The notes under the pieces are model-generated. The model was not told the origin of the DNA. It searched no databases and worked only from the letters and a program-made list of their open reading frames with translations. A stretch of 63,454 nucleotides of DNA, filler included, from Sphacelaria rigidula (taxonomy: Eukaryota), in assembly GCA_964200075.2 (NCBI GenBank). It is 11 parts of 11 records of this genome, joined end to end, with 100 filler letters (N's around TTAATTAATTAA, not from the genome) between each part and the next. Parts side by side here need not be neighbours in the genome. Positions count along the whole stretch, not along the records: positions 57,778 to 63,454 come from CAXNAA020025326.1; 10 more parts are not named here. One strand, given 5' to 3'. A program made the translations under genes and the position numbers. Below are positions 62,501 through 63,454 of this stretch, in pieces. The first letter of the stretch is position 1. Every line of letters begins with the position of its first letter.

Positions 62501-63454
62501 GAGTTGAACCCGAACATGGTGGCCATACTAATCTCCTTGTGTCAGCTGTCTTTTCCTGTATTGTCTTTAATTATCTTCTCTCTTGCTTTCTTCCAGTGTA
62601 CATTTTTAACAGATCTGGCGTTCGTTGTTTGTGTGTGTGTGTGTGTGTGTGTATTTTTTTTAAATCTCCCCGTTGAACTCGGGGGAGCTACTTCTCACCG
62701 GTTTTCGCGGCGTCTCTCTTCGTAATTTTATTTTTGGTAAGGTGTCTTGTAAGGGATAGCAGGGATGGTATTGGAAAAAGGCGAGCCTTCGTCTGTGACC
62801 ATGGGTTCGCGAGATCGGACTAATGTGGGGAAAAAATAATAACAAACAAACAAACGCGCGGGCGCACATAATGCACAGACCATGTTTTCCATCAAAATAA
62901 AGTCAGGTTTTGCATGCTACTTCACCCAGATGGTATAGTCAGATGCTGCTATTGAACAACAGAGAAAGAGAGACAGAACTACAACAAGTGGCTAGTTCTC
63001 CACCACCGCAAGAATAATATAGAAATAGTTTGAGTTATCAAATGGTTCCGGATGCGAGAAGGAAGGTTTGACCTAAAGTGTTTTATAATAATGGAAATAT
63101 GTTTTCAACCATGATCGTTTCAGTTTGGTTACCCCCCACGAAGCCCCACCATCTTTTTGAAACCGGCACGTGTAACGGCAGGCCCCTATACCAACACACC
63201 TTTTTTTCACCGAACACAACACTCCGCTTGTGTTTTTTCGCTGAGGCGGGCGCTACTACAAATACGCAACGATCAGGAAGTGTAGGGGAAAAATATCAAC
63301 GGAGCTGCTTCACCCCTTTGCGTTGGAAACCAAGGGGGCGGTCAACGACGTTCCCTGCTGGCTTCACGGGGGGGGGGGTGTTCTTTTGGCGTTGTGCGGA
63401 GTGTGTGTCTTTTCAAGATCGGTGGGCATTTTTCGTTTTCAAGATTTTTGTTTT

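Overview
This window is not one locus. It joins 11 size-sorted, unrelated contigs (seven of 5,678 bp, then four of 5,677 bp) with a 100-bp artificial linker (N44-TTAATTAATTAA-N44), so nothing can be inferred about gene order across linkers. The DNA is eukaryotic, intron-rich and repeat-rich, with short GT-AG exons in 1-2 kb introns, poly-CAG runs and TTAGGG motifs. It is most likely from a brown alga or related stramenopile (inference). Most ORFs in the six-frame track are spurious. Genes rebuilt by hand from splice sites: (1) first exon of a URC4/DUF1688 uracil-catabolism gene; (2) head-to-head with it, a 5-exon signal-peptide protein carrying three tandem PFU-like (AxxFCxx[H/G]) domains, the best candidate for an undescribed protein family here; (3) three C-terminal exons of an axonemal dynein heavy chain, one with a quadruplicated 5' splice site; (4) a beta-propeller protein; (5) four exons of a kinesin-3-like motor; (6) a zinc-finger/low-complexity protein. 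Mobile DNA: two Ty3/Gypsy-type gag-protease(-RT) fragments, a decayed DIRS/Ngaro-type element with a 12 x 27-bp internal array, an RTE LINE 3' end, another LINE remnant, a tRNA-derived SINE family, and several foldback/MITE families shared between contigs. I found no CRISPR, no rRNA and no intact tRNA gene, and no multi-gene novel system that I can support.
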